Source: Piromyces finnis finn (Eukaryota > Fungi > Neocallimastigomycota). From it: 64,000 bases of DNA. The notes beneath the pieces are model-generated. The model saw only the letters and a list, made by a program, of their open reading frames with translations, was not told where the DNA came from and ran no database searches. Of the stretch, positions 1-16,491 are shown piece by piece. The stretch covers positions 124,001 through 188,000 of the forward strand of contig MCFH01000002.1 in NCBI GenBank assembly GCA_002104945.1, read 5' to 3'. Every line of letters begins with the position of its first letter. Position 1 is the stretch's first letter. Made by a program: the position numbers and the translations under genes.

Positions 1-3000
1 AATTTTTAATGTAGAGATGTATAGATAATATATTAACCAAATCAATATATTTTAAATTATTTTAAAGTTTTAGATATAATAGAGTTTATCCATTTTGACA
101 ATAAAGTTAATAAAGTTGGATCACTTTATTATAAAATTAACTTTTACTCTGCCCCTTTGCATTACCATATAATAAATTAAAAAAATTTGATTCTTTCTAT
201 AAAAGTATCATCAAAAAAGTTAATAATCTAGTTAATAAAAATTTTATATTAAATTCTATATATAGTATTATTTAATTAATTAATAAAGCATTCATAATTT
301 GTAGAATTAAAATTGATCATCTTTCTTGTTAGGAATAAGCTTTAATACTTTTAAAATTGATAGAGCGTAGCTCATTATTTATTATTATAAAATATAGTAT
401 ATTTGATAAAATAAAAACAATGGCATTATTTATAATTTTAATGTTTAAATTATTAATACTATTAAAAAGAGAAAAAAAAAGATTTATTCTATTTTATTAT
501 TATTAAAGGAATAATTAATATTGATTTTGAAAGGGATGTATTAAGTGTCTACCATTTAATATTAATTAAAAAGAATATCCTATTAACTATTAGTTGATTA
601 ATATTAAAAAGAAAAAATACATAAAGAACAAAAGATTGTAAATTCGCACAATCGTTAAAAATATTATTTATAATAAATATCTATGGCAAATATGGTTATG
701 CGATGCGTCTATTAAGTGTTAGTATCGCTCTTTATTCTATTATTAATATTAATTTAGTTTAGGTATTTTTTTTTGTTTTCTTTTTTTTTACACCTTTTTT
801 TTTATTATAAAAAGTATGATTTAAAAAATTTTCTTTTGTTTTTTTTTTTCCTTTTTTAATTAATAAAAAAAATAAATATTAAAATTTTTAGGATTACAAA
901 ACTTTTTTTTTTTATTATAAAAAAAGGAGATGATATAAAAGATGAAAAAAGATATGCAAAATCATTTCAAAAATTGATTGGTAACTTTCCCTAAGAGTGT
1001 AAATAAATGATGATCAAAAAAAATTTTTTTATCCATTAAATTAAAACAGTAATTGTTATCCTCAATTTAATATTTATAAAAAATATTGTTTTTTTTAAAG
1101 ATGCATTGTAAGCAATAGGATTAAATCCCTTAAATTGACAATTAAAATAATAATAAAAATTGATTTTTTTTTTTTGAATAGTTTGAATTTATATAACAAA
1201 GTTGCTTTAAATCAGCAACCTGAATTATTTATTTTAATTTTGAATGTAGGACAAGCAGATTAAAAAAAATTACACTTTTATAATTTTTGGATAGGTAAAA
1301 ATAAAAAACTTTATTTATTATATTTTTTTAAAGAAAAAGATTCTATTTGAATATTAATTATTAAATAAGATTCAATTTTTTAATTTATTAATGAGTAGCT
1401 AAAACAAAGATGTAAAACAAAGATGACATTAAATAAACTATATATAAACAAAGTTATTATATATATAAAATATAAAAATATATAAAAATATGAGACATAT
1501 AATATATTCTTTAAATTAAATTAAAACTAATTTTTAATTTATTTATTTTAATATTAAAGATAAGAAAAAGAAATTACAAATAATCATATATTTATCATAT
1601 ATTTTGAATGTATAAAAAATTATTTTTGTATACATTGTGACAACCTAATATAAAATTCATATAAATTCAATATATATGAGGGGTAATATATATTATGTTA
1701 TATATATTATAGGATAAGGATTTAAATAGTTTTTTTTATAATAATTGTAATAAATACGATAAATATCCATTTTGTGTGGATTATTTCATATATCATTTTG
1801 ATTCTTTTCAGGCATGAATAGTATGATAAATGAAATAGTGTTGTATTTATTTATTTCTTTTTTTTTTTTAAAGTTTAAAATTCATAGTTCAATTTTTAGT
1901 AAATTAATCATATAAAGAAAAAACTATATGTTTTTTATTTTTATCACCAAAATAATAAAGTTATTAAGCTTTTTAATTCTTAATTACATTTTATGTATTT
2001 TGATATAAATAAAAAAGGTTTCACAAAGATGGTTTTTGATGGTAATTCCATATTATTATCTAATTACAATATGGATGGTGATTGGCTGATTTATTCCTAC
2101 TAAAATAATCAACTTTTTCATTTTTACCATTTTTAATTAACAAATAATTACCATGATTAAGAGAATTTTAATTTTTATAAAACTCTTCCTAAACCTTTAA
2201 ATTTCCTAAAATAAACCCAATTTTTTTTTTTTTTTAATAATTATATAAAAAAAAGTTATTTCATATTAGAATATAAAAAATTTATTTTTTATAATTTGTG
2301 GATGTTAAAAAAATATTAACAATATAACTTATTTTTTATTGATTTATAGAATAAAATAAATGGCTTAAATGTGATTCATTTAAGCTTATTATTATTTGTA
2401 CTATTAAGTTTAAGTCACTAATTTTATAATGAAAATATTTAATTTATTCTTTTTTCTTTTAAATGAAAATATTTCATCATTATTAGTATTATTTTTCATT
2501 GAATATTATTCTATTATTTTATATTATTACTTGAACTTGTAATTAGTATACATATATAAATATATACAAATATTAATAAAATATAAATAAATAATAAAAC
2601 AAACAAAAAAATTAAACAATTATATATAAATTATAATGTAATAACAATGATTCTTAAATTGTAATAATTAAAAATGTAATGGAATATAATTTTATACATT
2701 TTATTATTTATTGTATATATTTAATTATAAAATTGATTATTGAATAATTATGTAATGAAGGAATTGAAATCTTTAAAATAAATAAATAAATATATATATA
2801 TATTTAGTTATATATATTCAAAATTCAAAGTTAAATGGTTAGTATTCTTTAATGTAATTGTTAATCATATATATTTTTATTTTTATTTTTCGTTCACTAT
2901 ATATTCTATAGTTTCAATATTTCAAATAAGAATGTGAATTTTAAGTTGTAATAAAGAAATAAATTGAAAGGATTATTTTTAAAAATTTTCAATATTATTT

Positions 3001-4617
3001 GCCAAACAATTGATTATTATACAATTTATGTAGTATCAATTTAAAATATTCTATTTTATTCAATAATTAAAAAGTAAATTGAAAATGAGTTTAACATATA
3101 TGAATTGGCTACTTTCAAAATGTACATTTTATACCAAATTCTTTATTATTAGTTTATTTTAATTGTTTCTTAATATTTTGGTATATATTCTAAAAGATGA
3201 ATTAAATCCTAAATATTGACATTACTATACATTTTCATTAAAAAAAAACTTTAAAGAAATATCTTTTATTTTTCCTAATTTGACACTTGATAAATAGGTA
3301 AAAATAATAAAAAAAAAAGTGTAATTTTAAACTTTAATCATATAAATACATTAAAGTTTAAAATTAAAATTTATTTATATTTTCAACAAAATATAAAGAT
3401 ACATTTCTTATTTTTAATTAATAATTAATAATATAAAAAAAATACTAAAAAATATTCTGATAATTATATGTAATCCTCAAAATACCAAAATAAATTATGA
3501 ATCCTTTATAGTTTAGTAAACATTAACCAAAATTTTCTTTTATCAATTGACATTATGATGCTGTTATATTAAAATAAAGACACATAAATTCTTTAAATAT
3601 GAAATAACTTGAATTATATTAAAAAAAAAAAAAATAATAAATAACTTTATCAACTAATTCCATATTTAATTTTATAAAAAAATTTAGAAAGATATTTAAA
3701 TTACAAAATTGTAAATTTTTTTTTTTACTTAGAGATTATTAATATATTATTAATATATTATGTGTTTTTCGTACATTACTTCTAGTCATTTTTTTAATCC
3801 TATAAAAAAAAAATTTTTTTTTCATTACTAATTAATGCATAATGTAAAAATCTTTAAAATTTTATTACTTATTAAAAACTTTTGAAGCTAAGTATAATTT
3901 ATTTTTAAATTTATTTATATCTAAATAAATTTATATTTAGATCACATATCACAATTTATTAATACATATAATACATATTATAAATATATAAATAAACCAA
4001 AAATATAAATTATTAAAAAAAAATATTATTTTTAGGTTAATTCATTATTGGAAAAGGAAATATTTAACATTGTTAATAATAATAGTTATATTAAAGTTGC
4101 ATAAGCATCATTAAATGATTAAATAAACAAAAATCAAAAATAAAATAAAACAATGAAACTCCAAAAAAGAAAAATGCTTTTCAATTTATGAGAATACAAT
4201 AAATAAGTCCTTTTTGGATATTAATTAATCCTTTAATAAATAATTACAAAATTATTGTTTTATTGGATTTGATTTAATATAATTAAATATTAAAACTCAT
4301 TATTGAATTGTTATAATAAAAAAAAAAACAATATTTAATTTATTTTTTTATTCCTTTATTGTACATTTTTTTATAAAAAATAATATTTAAAATATATTTT
4401 ATATATAGTTAGGTTTTTAAATGTTCCTATTTTCCATATTATTCTCTAAAAATTATTAATTATTAAAGTTTACATTCAGTAAATATTTCTCCTATTAGTA
4501 AATATTTAATTTTATTAAAACATAATAAAACTAACCAATTGAATTATTCACTGTATTTTTAAATTAAATGAAAAAAATATAAAAAGAAAATGAATAGTCT
4601 TATAATGTATTAAAAAT

Positions 4618-4695
4618 TAAAAATAAAATAAAATAAAATAAAATAAAATTAAATAAAATAAAATAAAATAAAACAAAATAAAAATAAAAATAAAA
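4618..4695. repeat. (AAAAT)n microsatellite forming the A-rich leader of the first GH5 gene
   Basis: Run of AAAAT/AAATA units ending immediately before the ATG at 4696. Confidence 0.7.
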
Positions 4696-6079
4696 ATGAA
4701 ATTATATAGTATTTTGTCTCTTCTTGGTTTTGTTTCTGCTGCTACAGCTGGATTTGTCACTGTTGAAGATGATGGTAATTTTTATGAAAATGACAAACGC
4801 TATATTGTTTGGGGTGCTAACTATTGGGAAGCTATGAATCTTGGTAAACATCTACTTACAATATTAACTATTATAATATTGATAATTTAATATTTAAATA
4901 TTTTTTTAAATTATATTTCAAACTTTTATAGGTGCTCAGAAAACTGGTAATCGTTCACGTCTTGTTAATGATCTTAATAAAATGAAGAGCATGCATATTA
5001 ATAATCTTCGTATTATTGCTGGTTCCGAAGGTCCAACAGATTCTCAAAAGCCACTCAATGTTCTTATGCCAGAACCAGGTGTTTATAATGAAGATATGTT
5101 CAAAGGTCTTGATTATACTCTCTACCAAATGAAAAAACGAAACATGAAAGCTGTTATGGTTTTAAATAATTTCTGGCAATGGAGTGGTGGTTTCTCTCAA
5201 TATGTATCTTGGGTCAAAAACACTACTATTCCATTACCACCAGGTTATCCAGAAAATGATCCACGTGCTCAAAGCTCCTGGGATGAATTCATTAACCATT
5301 CTGCTGAATTCTACACCTGTAAGAAATGTATTGATCTATGGAAGAACCATATTAAGACCGTTATTAACCGTAGAAATGTTTATACTGGTAAGCGTTATCG
5401 CGATGATGATACCATTTTCTCATGGGAATTTGCAAATGAACCAAGACAAAATAATGATGGTTCTATGCCAATGACCGATGAATTTATTGAAGATATTTCG
5501 GGTTATATTAAATCTCTTGATAAGAATCACATGGTTACTCTTGGTTCTGAGGCTCATCCAATGTTTGGTAGAGACGTTTTTCTTCGTGAAAATAATCATA
5601 AAAATCTTGATTATACTACAACTCATATTTGGGTTCAAAATTGGAATGAATATGATCCAAAGAATAAGACTGAAGCTAACTTACAACATGCTATAGATTA
5701 TTGCATCAACCATTTAAGAGATACAGCCGGTTGGGCACTAAAGATTAATAAACCTATAATTTTTGAAGAATATGGTATGGCTCGTGATGGATGGGATGGT
5801 CAAGATGAATATGATCCAACAACTCCAGCAACTAATCGTCTTAAATACTACAAAGCTATCTTAGATGAAGTTTATAGATTAACAGATAAACAAATATTTC
5901 AAGGTCAAAACTTCTGGGCTTATTCTGGTGAAGGTAGACCTGCTAGTGGTGAACATCGTGACTTATATCTTGGTGATCCAGCTCATGAACACCCAGGATG
6001 GTATGGTATTTACGATAAGGATACTGATATGATTAATTATCTTAAAAAAATGGGAAAGAAATTCCTTAATCTCGAATAA
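4696..6079 (+). CDS. Secreted GH5 subfamily 7 beta-mannosidase/mannanase (CmMan5A/RmMan5B-like), no dockerin
   Basis: Exons 4696-4843 and 4932-6079 join in frame across a GT..AG intron (4844-4931), giving 431 aa. Signal peptide MKLYSILSLLGFVSAATA; GH5_7 motifs WGANYW, NNFWQWSGG, WEFANEPR (acid/base Glu), FEEYG (nucleophile Glu), GDPAHE..GWY. No C-terminal dockerin. Confidence 0.88.
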
Positions 6080-7716
6080 TATAGAAAAAAAATCATTATT
6101 ATATATATATTTGTAATTAATTGCTTTTTAAAAATTTAAGAAAAAAGATATAAATTTTAAAAACAATAGTAGTTAGAGTAAAAAAAAAAAATGCATTATA
6201 AATAATATATCAAAAAATAATTAAAAGAAAAAATAAAAATAATAAATAAAAAAAAATTTTTTTGAATAATTAAATTAAATAATATATAAAAAAATTTGTA
6301 ATTAATAGTAAATTTTATATAATTAGTTATTTACTGTATGCTATATTTTTTATAATGAATATATAAGCCAGCCATTAAAAAAAAAAATAATACATTAGTA
6401 TTTATTACTATAATTGTTATTCAATTTAATTTGTATTAGTTGTAAAAATTTGAATTTTATTATTAAATTAATTTTGACTAACCTAACTATTAGTATTAAT
6501 GATATAATAAGAAAATAATAGTAAGAATAGTAAAAAAAAAAAATGTAGATTTATATTTTCAATACATTTATGGAAAATTATCGAAATTTTATTTTCCATT
6601 AAAAATTTCAGAAATATAAAGTGTTTCAAAAAATTTCCATTTTTATTATTTATTATTAGTAATTTCTAAAATAAATAACTATTAAAATTTTTAAAACAAT
6701 ATTAAATAAGCTTTAATTTTATTTTTTATTCATGGAAAATTTTTTTAAATAATAATTTATTGTTTAATATTACTAATAAATAAAGTTTATATATAAATTA
6801 TATTTTACTCTAATAAAAAAAGTTTATTATTATTCTTTTGTTAACTAGTATTAAACTTTAAATATTAATAAATATAAATTATTTCAGGAAAATTTATATA
6901 CTCTTTTATTTTTAAAATAATTAATATAATATTAAAAAAATTTATAATTAGGGTAACAAAAAAAATTGATTCATTGTTCTATTGTAATCTAAGTATTATC
7001 ATTCATAATTAATATAAAAAAAAAAACGTTCCAGGGAAAAAAGAAAAAGAAAATATAATTCTCATTATTACATTATAGAAAAATAATATTAAAAATATTA
7101 ATGTTTTTATTATTATTTATTAGTTAATATAATTACATATTATTTAATATTGTGTCATTGATAATTACAAATTTAATTTAATAATAAAAGAAAAATACAA
7201 TAGAAATAATATTTATTTAAATAGTATAATAATTAAATGTGACTAAATTTTAAATATTATTGGAATTAATTGATTAACAATTTTATTATTATTTAAAGTT
7301 TATACTTAAGATTTATTATTTCTGCTTAAATTATTATTTATATAATGATTTACTCAATTAATATATTTTTAATAATGATTATACATCCTATTTTTATAAT
7401 CTAAATTGTTTTTTAACAATGTAAAAAAAGAAATAATAATTTTTTTTTTATTTTTTTAATTTATTAAATTATTTTATTAAATTTATTAGGTATTATTTTA
7501 GTTTGAGAAACTATATAAAAGTTAAATAGTTTCTTTATTTTATTTAATATCTTGTTTTTATTATAAAAAAAATTTAATTCTTTTGAAAAGAATTTAATAA
7601 ATCAATAATATTAAAACAAAGCCGAAAAACAAAAACAAAAATAAAAATAAAAATAAAAACAAAACACAAAAAAAAAAAAAAAAACAGAAAAAAAATATAT
7701 TATATAGAAAAAAAAA

Positions 7717-10137
7717 ATGCATTTTAAAAACATTAGTGCATTATTGCTTACATTAGCAACCTCTGTTGCAGGTCAATTTAGAGAAGGTTTTGTTCAAACT
7801 GATGGTACAAATTTTGTTGTCGATGGTTGTAAACGTTACTTTTCTGGTTCAAATACTTGTATGAAATCTTTAATTTTATCAATGATTATAAAATTAGAAC
7901 TAAAAATTAATTTAAAAATCATTCAAAAAATATAAAATTATTAATTTTTTTTAATAAATTCAATGAAATTCAAATAATTTTATACAGATTATTTAATGGT
8001 ATCAAATCATGAAAGAGTTGATTTGGCTCTCGAAACATATGCTAGACATAACCTTAATGTTGTTAGAGCATGGGCTTTCTGTGATGAATGTGAAGATGCA
8101 ACAAGATTAGTTGATTTTTCTGGTCCAGAAGTAAATATCATTTGAAATTTAATTATCATTAAAACATTAAATATTCTTTTATTAAAAATTTTTTAATATG
8201 ATTTTATGAGTTTTAATAATTTTAAATATAAATAACAAAAGTTGTTATATTTTGAGATAAAAGTTTTAATATTTTGCAATTATATATTTAATCCCTTCTT
8301 TTTTATAGAGTAATGATATTAATAATATTTATTTATTAATTAAATTAATATCAATTTATATTAGGTTACACTTAACAGTGAAAATATGGAAAAGGTTGAT
8401 TATTATCTTGCTGCTGCTGCTCAAAGAAACATTCGTGTTGTTTTAACCCTTACTAATAATTGGACTGATTATGGTGGTATGGATGTTTGGGTTAAACAAT
8501 TCGGTGGAAAGTATGTATTCATTTTTTTTTTTTGTAAAATCTTTTTTTTTTTTTTTTTAGTTTTCCTAAACAGCTATTAATCATTCTTATGTAATACAAA
8601 TCATTTTTTTCATAGATATCATGATGAATTTTACACTAACAGAGATATTGTTAATGGTTACAAACAATATATTAAGGCTATGATTAATCGTGTTAATACC
8701 TATACTGGTAAATTATATATTTTATATTATAAATTTAAAGTAAAAATAGTGATAGTAATAATCGTATTTATAAAATATAAAATTATTTTAATGGTATTTA
8801 GGTCAATATTATAAGGATGACCCAACTATTTTCTCATGGCAACTTGCCAATGAAGCCCGTTGTAATAATGGTCCACATGGTCTTCCAGTCAAAAATTGTA
8901 ATACTGACACTATCACTAAATGGATGGATGAAATTGCTTCTTTCATTCATGAAGAAGATCCAAATCACTTAGTTTCTTCTGGTATTGAAGGTAGTTATAA
9001 TATTTTTTTTCTTAAAAAATAAAAATAATTTAAATAAATAAAATTAAATAGATTTAATATAAACCAAAAAATTAATATATATTTTAATCTGAAAAAATAA
9101 AATTTGTTATTATTAAAGGTATTGGTCTTACTCCACCAGCTGGTGTTGATCCAAATACTTATGTCTACTCATACATTGAAGGTACTGATTATGAAGCTAT
9201 TAGTGCTCTCGACTCAATTGATTACAATACTGTTCATATGTACCCAGTTGGTTGGGGATTAAAAGATTATACCAAAGATGGTATGAAATGGATTCAAGCT
9301 CATGCTGATGTTGATAAGAAATTTAATAAACCAACTGTTGTAGAAGAATGGGGTCTTAGTACTTCTGCTGATAATGTACCACTTGAAGAACGTGATCCAA
9401 TTTATACTAAATGGATGGAAACTGTTTTGGAAAATGACAACATTGGTATGAATATGTTTTGGTATGTTTGTGGAGAAGATTATTATGGTACTGATGGTTA
9501 CTTAATGGAAGAAGACGAGATTACTAAAGTTATTGATCCATTTACTAAAAAGTTATATGCTAAGCAAACATGTAAAAACCTCGATACTATTCCAATTGTT
9601 CATACTGATTTGATTGATGTCTACTACGAAGTTGAAGGTTGTCTTCCAAAATATGGTACATGTACTGGTGGAAAATGTTGTGCTCATGGTACTGTCTGTG
9701 AAGGAAGTGAATACTATGGTCAATGTCGTCCAATTACTGAACCACCATACCGTGGTGCTACTTCCCCAGTTGAAGGTTATACTTTACCAGGTGCTAAGCC
9801 AATTACTACTGTTAAGAAGACTACTACCAAAACTAAAACTACTACTACCACTGTTGTTTCTCAACAAACTTCTTCATCTGAAGATTGCTTCTCAATTGCT
9901 CTTGGATTCCCATGTTGTAAGGGTAATGACATTGTATACACTGACAATGATGGTCCATGGGGTGTTGAAAATGGTGAATGGTGTGGTATTGGTGGTAACT
10001 CCAATGCTTCTGATTCATGTTTTGCAAAAGCTATGGGATACAAATGTTGTAGTACTTGTGATGTTGTATATACTGACAACGATGGTCCATGGGGTGTTGA
10101 AGATGGTGAATGGTGTGGTCTTAAAGATTCATGTTAA
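7717..10137 (+). CDS. manA: Cellulosomal GH5_7 endo-beta-1,4-mannanase with CBM1-like module and two fungal dockerins
   Basis: Six exons join in frame: 7717-7858, 7988-8130, 8365-8510, 8616-8707, 8802-8990, 9119-10137 (576 aa, all GT..AG). Motifs [26 protein letters not shown]; CBM1-like [27 protein letters not shown]; Thr-rich linker; two [21 protein letters not shown]-type dockerins. Same architecture as the described Orpinomyces ManA. Confidence 0.9.
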
Positions 10138-12026
10138 ATCTTTATGTATTATTAAATTCATTTTTTCAAAAAATATATCTATTTTATTAATTTATATAAA
10201 ATAGTACATTATTTTATAGTTCATATTCAATACCCATTGTATACTATAAAATAGAAAAAAAAATAATATAGTTATTATTGAATAATTTAGAATATTGTAA
10301 TTACTAAAGAATTCTAAAAATGTAAAAAAAAAATTTTTATTTATATATTTTATTAGAAGAAAAACTAAAAATAATAAAAAAAATAATAAAAAAAAAGTTA
10401 TTAATAAAAAAGATAAAATATTATTTATTGATCTCCATATCACATATATATAAGATTACATAAAAAAAAAAAAAAATATAAAAAAAAATTATTAAAAGAT
10501 TAATTTTTATATAATATTCAAAAAAATTATATAAATTTATTTTAATACAATTGAATAATAATAATAGTCAACAAATGATCAACAAAAAACAATTAATATT
10601 AATATTGATTTTGAGGAATAGAAAAATGTTCATCTGTCCTTTTTATTTATTGTATAGTTTTCTTAAATAGATGTTTGCTATTTAAGAAATTCTTTTTTAA
10701 GTTTATATTTCAATTTGTAGTATTTTATAGTTTAAGTTTATTTTTGCAATATTTTTCTATATATTTATATTTTAATGTTAAAAAAACAAATACTCAATTA
10801 CTGCTGTGATTTATTTTACCAAATAATATTATATAATATTTTAAAGCTCTCTACATTCATTATATAACGTGTTAAGTAAATATTAATACGACAATCAAGA
10901 AATATATATTATATGAAATAATATTTTTTATCTTTCAGAAAATTCTTTTTGTGAAAAAAAAGACATTTATTTTTTTTAATATAAATATAGTAGTATCAAA
11001 AACTTTCATTGATTAATATATATTTTTAAATTTTAATAATTATTACAATATAATACTACAATCAATAAATATATGTGTATTTTATACTATTATTGTTTTA
11101 ATCACTGAGTATGTCTCTCTCATATTATTAAAGAAATTTATTAATAAGAAATATTGCTTCCTCATTACTAAATTTCTAACCTATTGATATATTAAATAAT
11201 TTTTATTTTTAACTAATAATGTATTATTTCTAAGTTTTTGTGGCTTTTTTATGATAAAATTTTTTTATCATAAATGATAGAAAAATGATAGGAATTGATA
11301 AATTATAAAAATTCTATTTTTAATTTAATTTTAATATGATTCCTTTGGATATTAATATAAAATATGTAATTTCTTTTCAAAAATTAATTTTAAAACTATA
11401 TAAAATAAAGTTTGTTCGTTTCAAGAATATTTTTACATAAAGAGTAATACTATTATATTAATATGATTTCTTGACAATATTTAGAAAAATTGTATGTCAT
11501 TTTTTTAATTCATATTATTAAAAAAAAAAAAATAAAAGAATTTTTTTTTATACATTAAAATGAAACATTACTGAAATATATATATATTTTTTAATATATA
11601 TATATTTTTTATGCAAAATTTTTTGTTTCAAATTAATATTATTATTATTACAAAATTAAAAATAGATTAAAAGAATTGTAATGAAAAGGAATTTAGTTTA
11701 TTATTACAAAATATATTTTAATTAAATACATATAACTCTATAAGTTAAAAAAAATATGAAAAATATGTTATAAAATAATATTAATTATTTTATAGTATCT
11801 TTAAAACAACTTATTCTTTTTTTTATTATTATACATTTTTAATATGATAATTACAAGCCACATTATCAATTAATATAAAGTAATAAAAATTAATTTAAAT
11901 TTCCTAAATATTTAATTTATTTTGAGTTAATAAATAAATTAAATTTATAACTTTTTTTAAATATTTTTTTTAAATAGGAAATGATTATAAATTAAAAGTC
12001 TAAAATTTAAGATTTTTTAAAATTCA

Positions 12027-12035
12027 TATATAAAG
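12027..12035 (+). promoter_or_regulatory. Candidate TATA box of GH9 copy 1 (equivalent at 17765-17773 for copy 2)
   Basis: TATATAAAG ~250 bp upstream of both ATGs, at the 5' edge of the near-identical block. Similar boxes lie ~205 bp upstream of manA (7512-7520) and the xylanase (23895-23903, minus strand). Weak evidence in such AT-rich DNA. Confidence 0.35.
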
Positions 12036-12267
12036 ACGAAATATTTTCATAATAAAATTTTTCTTCAAATAACTATTTAAATTTTAAAATAATTTAAAAT
12101 TTAAGAAAAAAAATTTTTTTTGCTAGTCAAAAGAAATAATAAAATATTTATTTTTTGCGAGTCGAAAAATAATATATACAAAAGAAAATTTAATAAAATA
12201 AAAATAACTTTAATCAAAAAAAGAATATATTATTAATAAAAAGAAAAAAATTATTTAAATAGTTTAA

Positions 12268-15058
<2,791 letters not shown>

Positions 15059-15330
15059 AAAATATTAGATTAATTAAAAATACAAATATATAGTAATTAT
15101 GTATACACATATATCAAAATAAAAAAAATAATAAATATTTACATTTTAAAAGTTAATAAAAATAAGAAAAAATAAAATAAAATAATTTAAAAAATAAAAA
15201 AAAAATTTTAATTTTATTTTATATTTATGATGTGTGGAAATTATAGTATATAATAAAAAGATAAATGTAAATAATTATAAACAAATAATTTAAAGATAAC
15301 AAACTTATTCTTCTAATATAAAATATATAT

Positions 15331-15473
15331 AAGATAACAAACTTTTATTTATACATTAGAAGAATATAAATATATATATAAGATAACAAACTTTTATATA
15401 TACATTAGAAGAATATAAATATATATATAAGATAACAAACTTTTATATATACATTAGAAGAATATAAATATAA
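15331..15473. repeat. Tandem minisatellite, 49-bp unit x3, plus a variant partial unit at ~15292
   Basis: Unit AAGATAACAAACTTTTATATATACATTAGAAGAATATAAATATATATAT starts at 15331, 15380 and 15429; no spacers. Confidence 0.8.
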
Positions 15474-15669
15474 ATTTGTATATATAAATTAAATATTCAA
15501 GAATCTAGATGTTGAATTTTATAATGCCAATTTAAAATATTTAAATTTTATTTTTTAGCATAGATTAAATTTGTAATACCTAAAAAGATTTAATATTAAA
15601 TAATTTAATTTTATAAAGAATTTTTTATGAATGAAAGAATTCTTTTTTCTATATTTTTTATTATTATAT

Positions 15670-16491
15670 AAAATTTAATCCGACTTATTCCTCTTGGGTC
15701 AAATAATATTGTCATTACAAAGAAATTTATTAAAATTAATATTAAAAATACTAAAAATATTAGAAACATTAATAGGAAAAATTGTAGCTTAAATAATGAA
15801 AATAAAGCTCTCAGATATACTAACAATAAATTTCTTAATTCAAATTTCCTAATAAATATCGATCTCAATAAACTTCACTTAAATTTAGGAATTACTTGAA
15901 TTATTCGTATTTAATTCAGTTATGAAAACACTACCAGAATTACTATTGCTAGTAATAGTTTTACTCCCAATTTCCTTCGTATCTGTCCATATTGCGGATA
16001 TGATGAACAATCATTTCATCATTGAATATTAAAATGTTTTTCATTCACTAAATACAGAACTTTTTACCATTTTTCATAATAAATATGAGAATCAATTTAT
16101 CACTTACTCTCTTAAATGAATGCAATAAAAACTATTTATAACTATATTTTTTATGTCCATTTTGGTGGAACTTTAGCTTATGATGGGCTACAAGTCGAAA
16201 AGGCAGAACAATATCATTTAAATTAACAGTTTTACAGTTCATTAAAATCACATTTTCCATATATAGAAAGGGTTCGATTGGTATCTCTTCGAATGAAGAC
16301 ATTACGAACTTATGTAAGAATTTAGTAGACACTATCAGATCTGGTGTTAATTTTCTTTTTTATTTCACCTAATTTATTTGGTAGGGATCAATCCCACACA
16401 ATATTATCAATACTAAATATCAAATGTAAATTCATAGATTAAATAAATAAATACGAGAGGATTTATTCTCTTGTCTAAAAAAAAAAAAAAA
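15670..16491 (+). mobile_element. Degenerate 3' fragment of a non-LTR retrotransposon (LINE-like) with poly(A) tail
   Basis: Stop-riddled + frame reads ..LNLGIT*IIRI*FSY..CPYCGYDEQSFHH*ILKC (15984-16037), which fits the CX2CX8HX4C knuckle of LINE ORF2 C-termini with TGA at the likely Trp. A 15-nt A run follows at 16477-16491. The 5' boundary is uncertain. Confidence 0.6.

Noticed and set aside
10192-10443. F/L/I/K/N/Y-rich ORFs in intergenic DNA (also 27541-27741, 29850-30032, 52043-52243, 57762-57995)
   Set aside because: Their composition simply reflects A/T homopolymer tracts; no motifs, and one lies inside a PRE9 intron.
15331-15473. CRISPR-like array
   Set aside because: Head-to-tail units with no spacers, no cas genes and a eukaryotic context.
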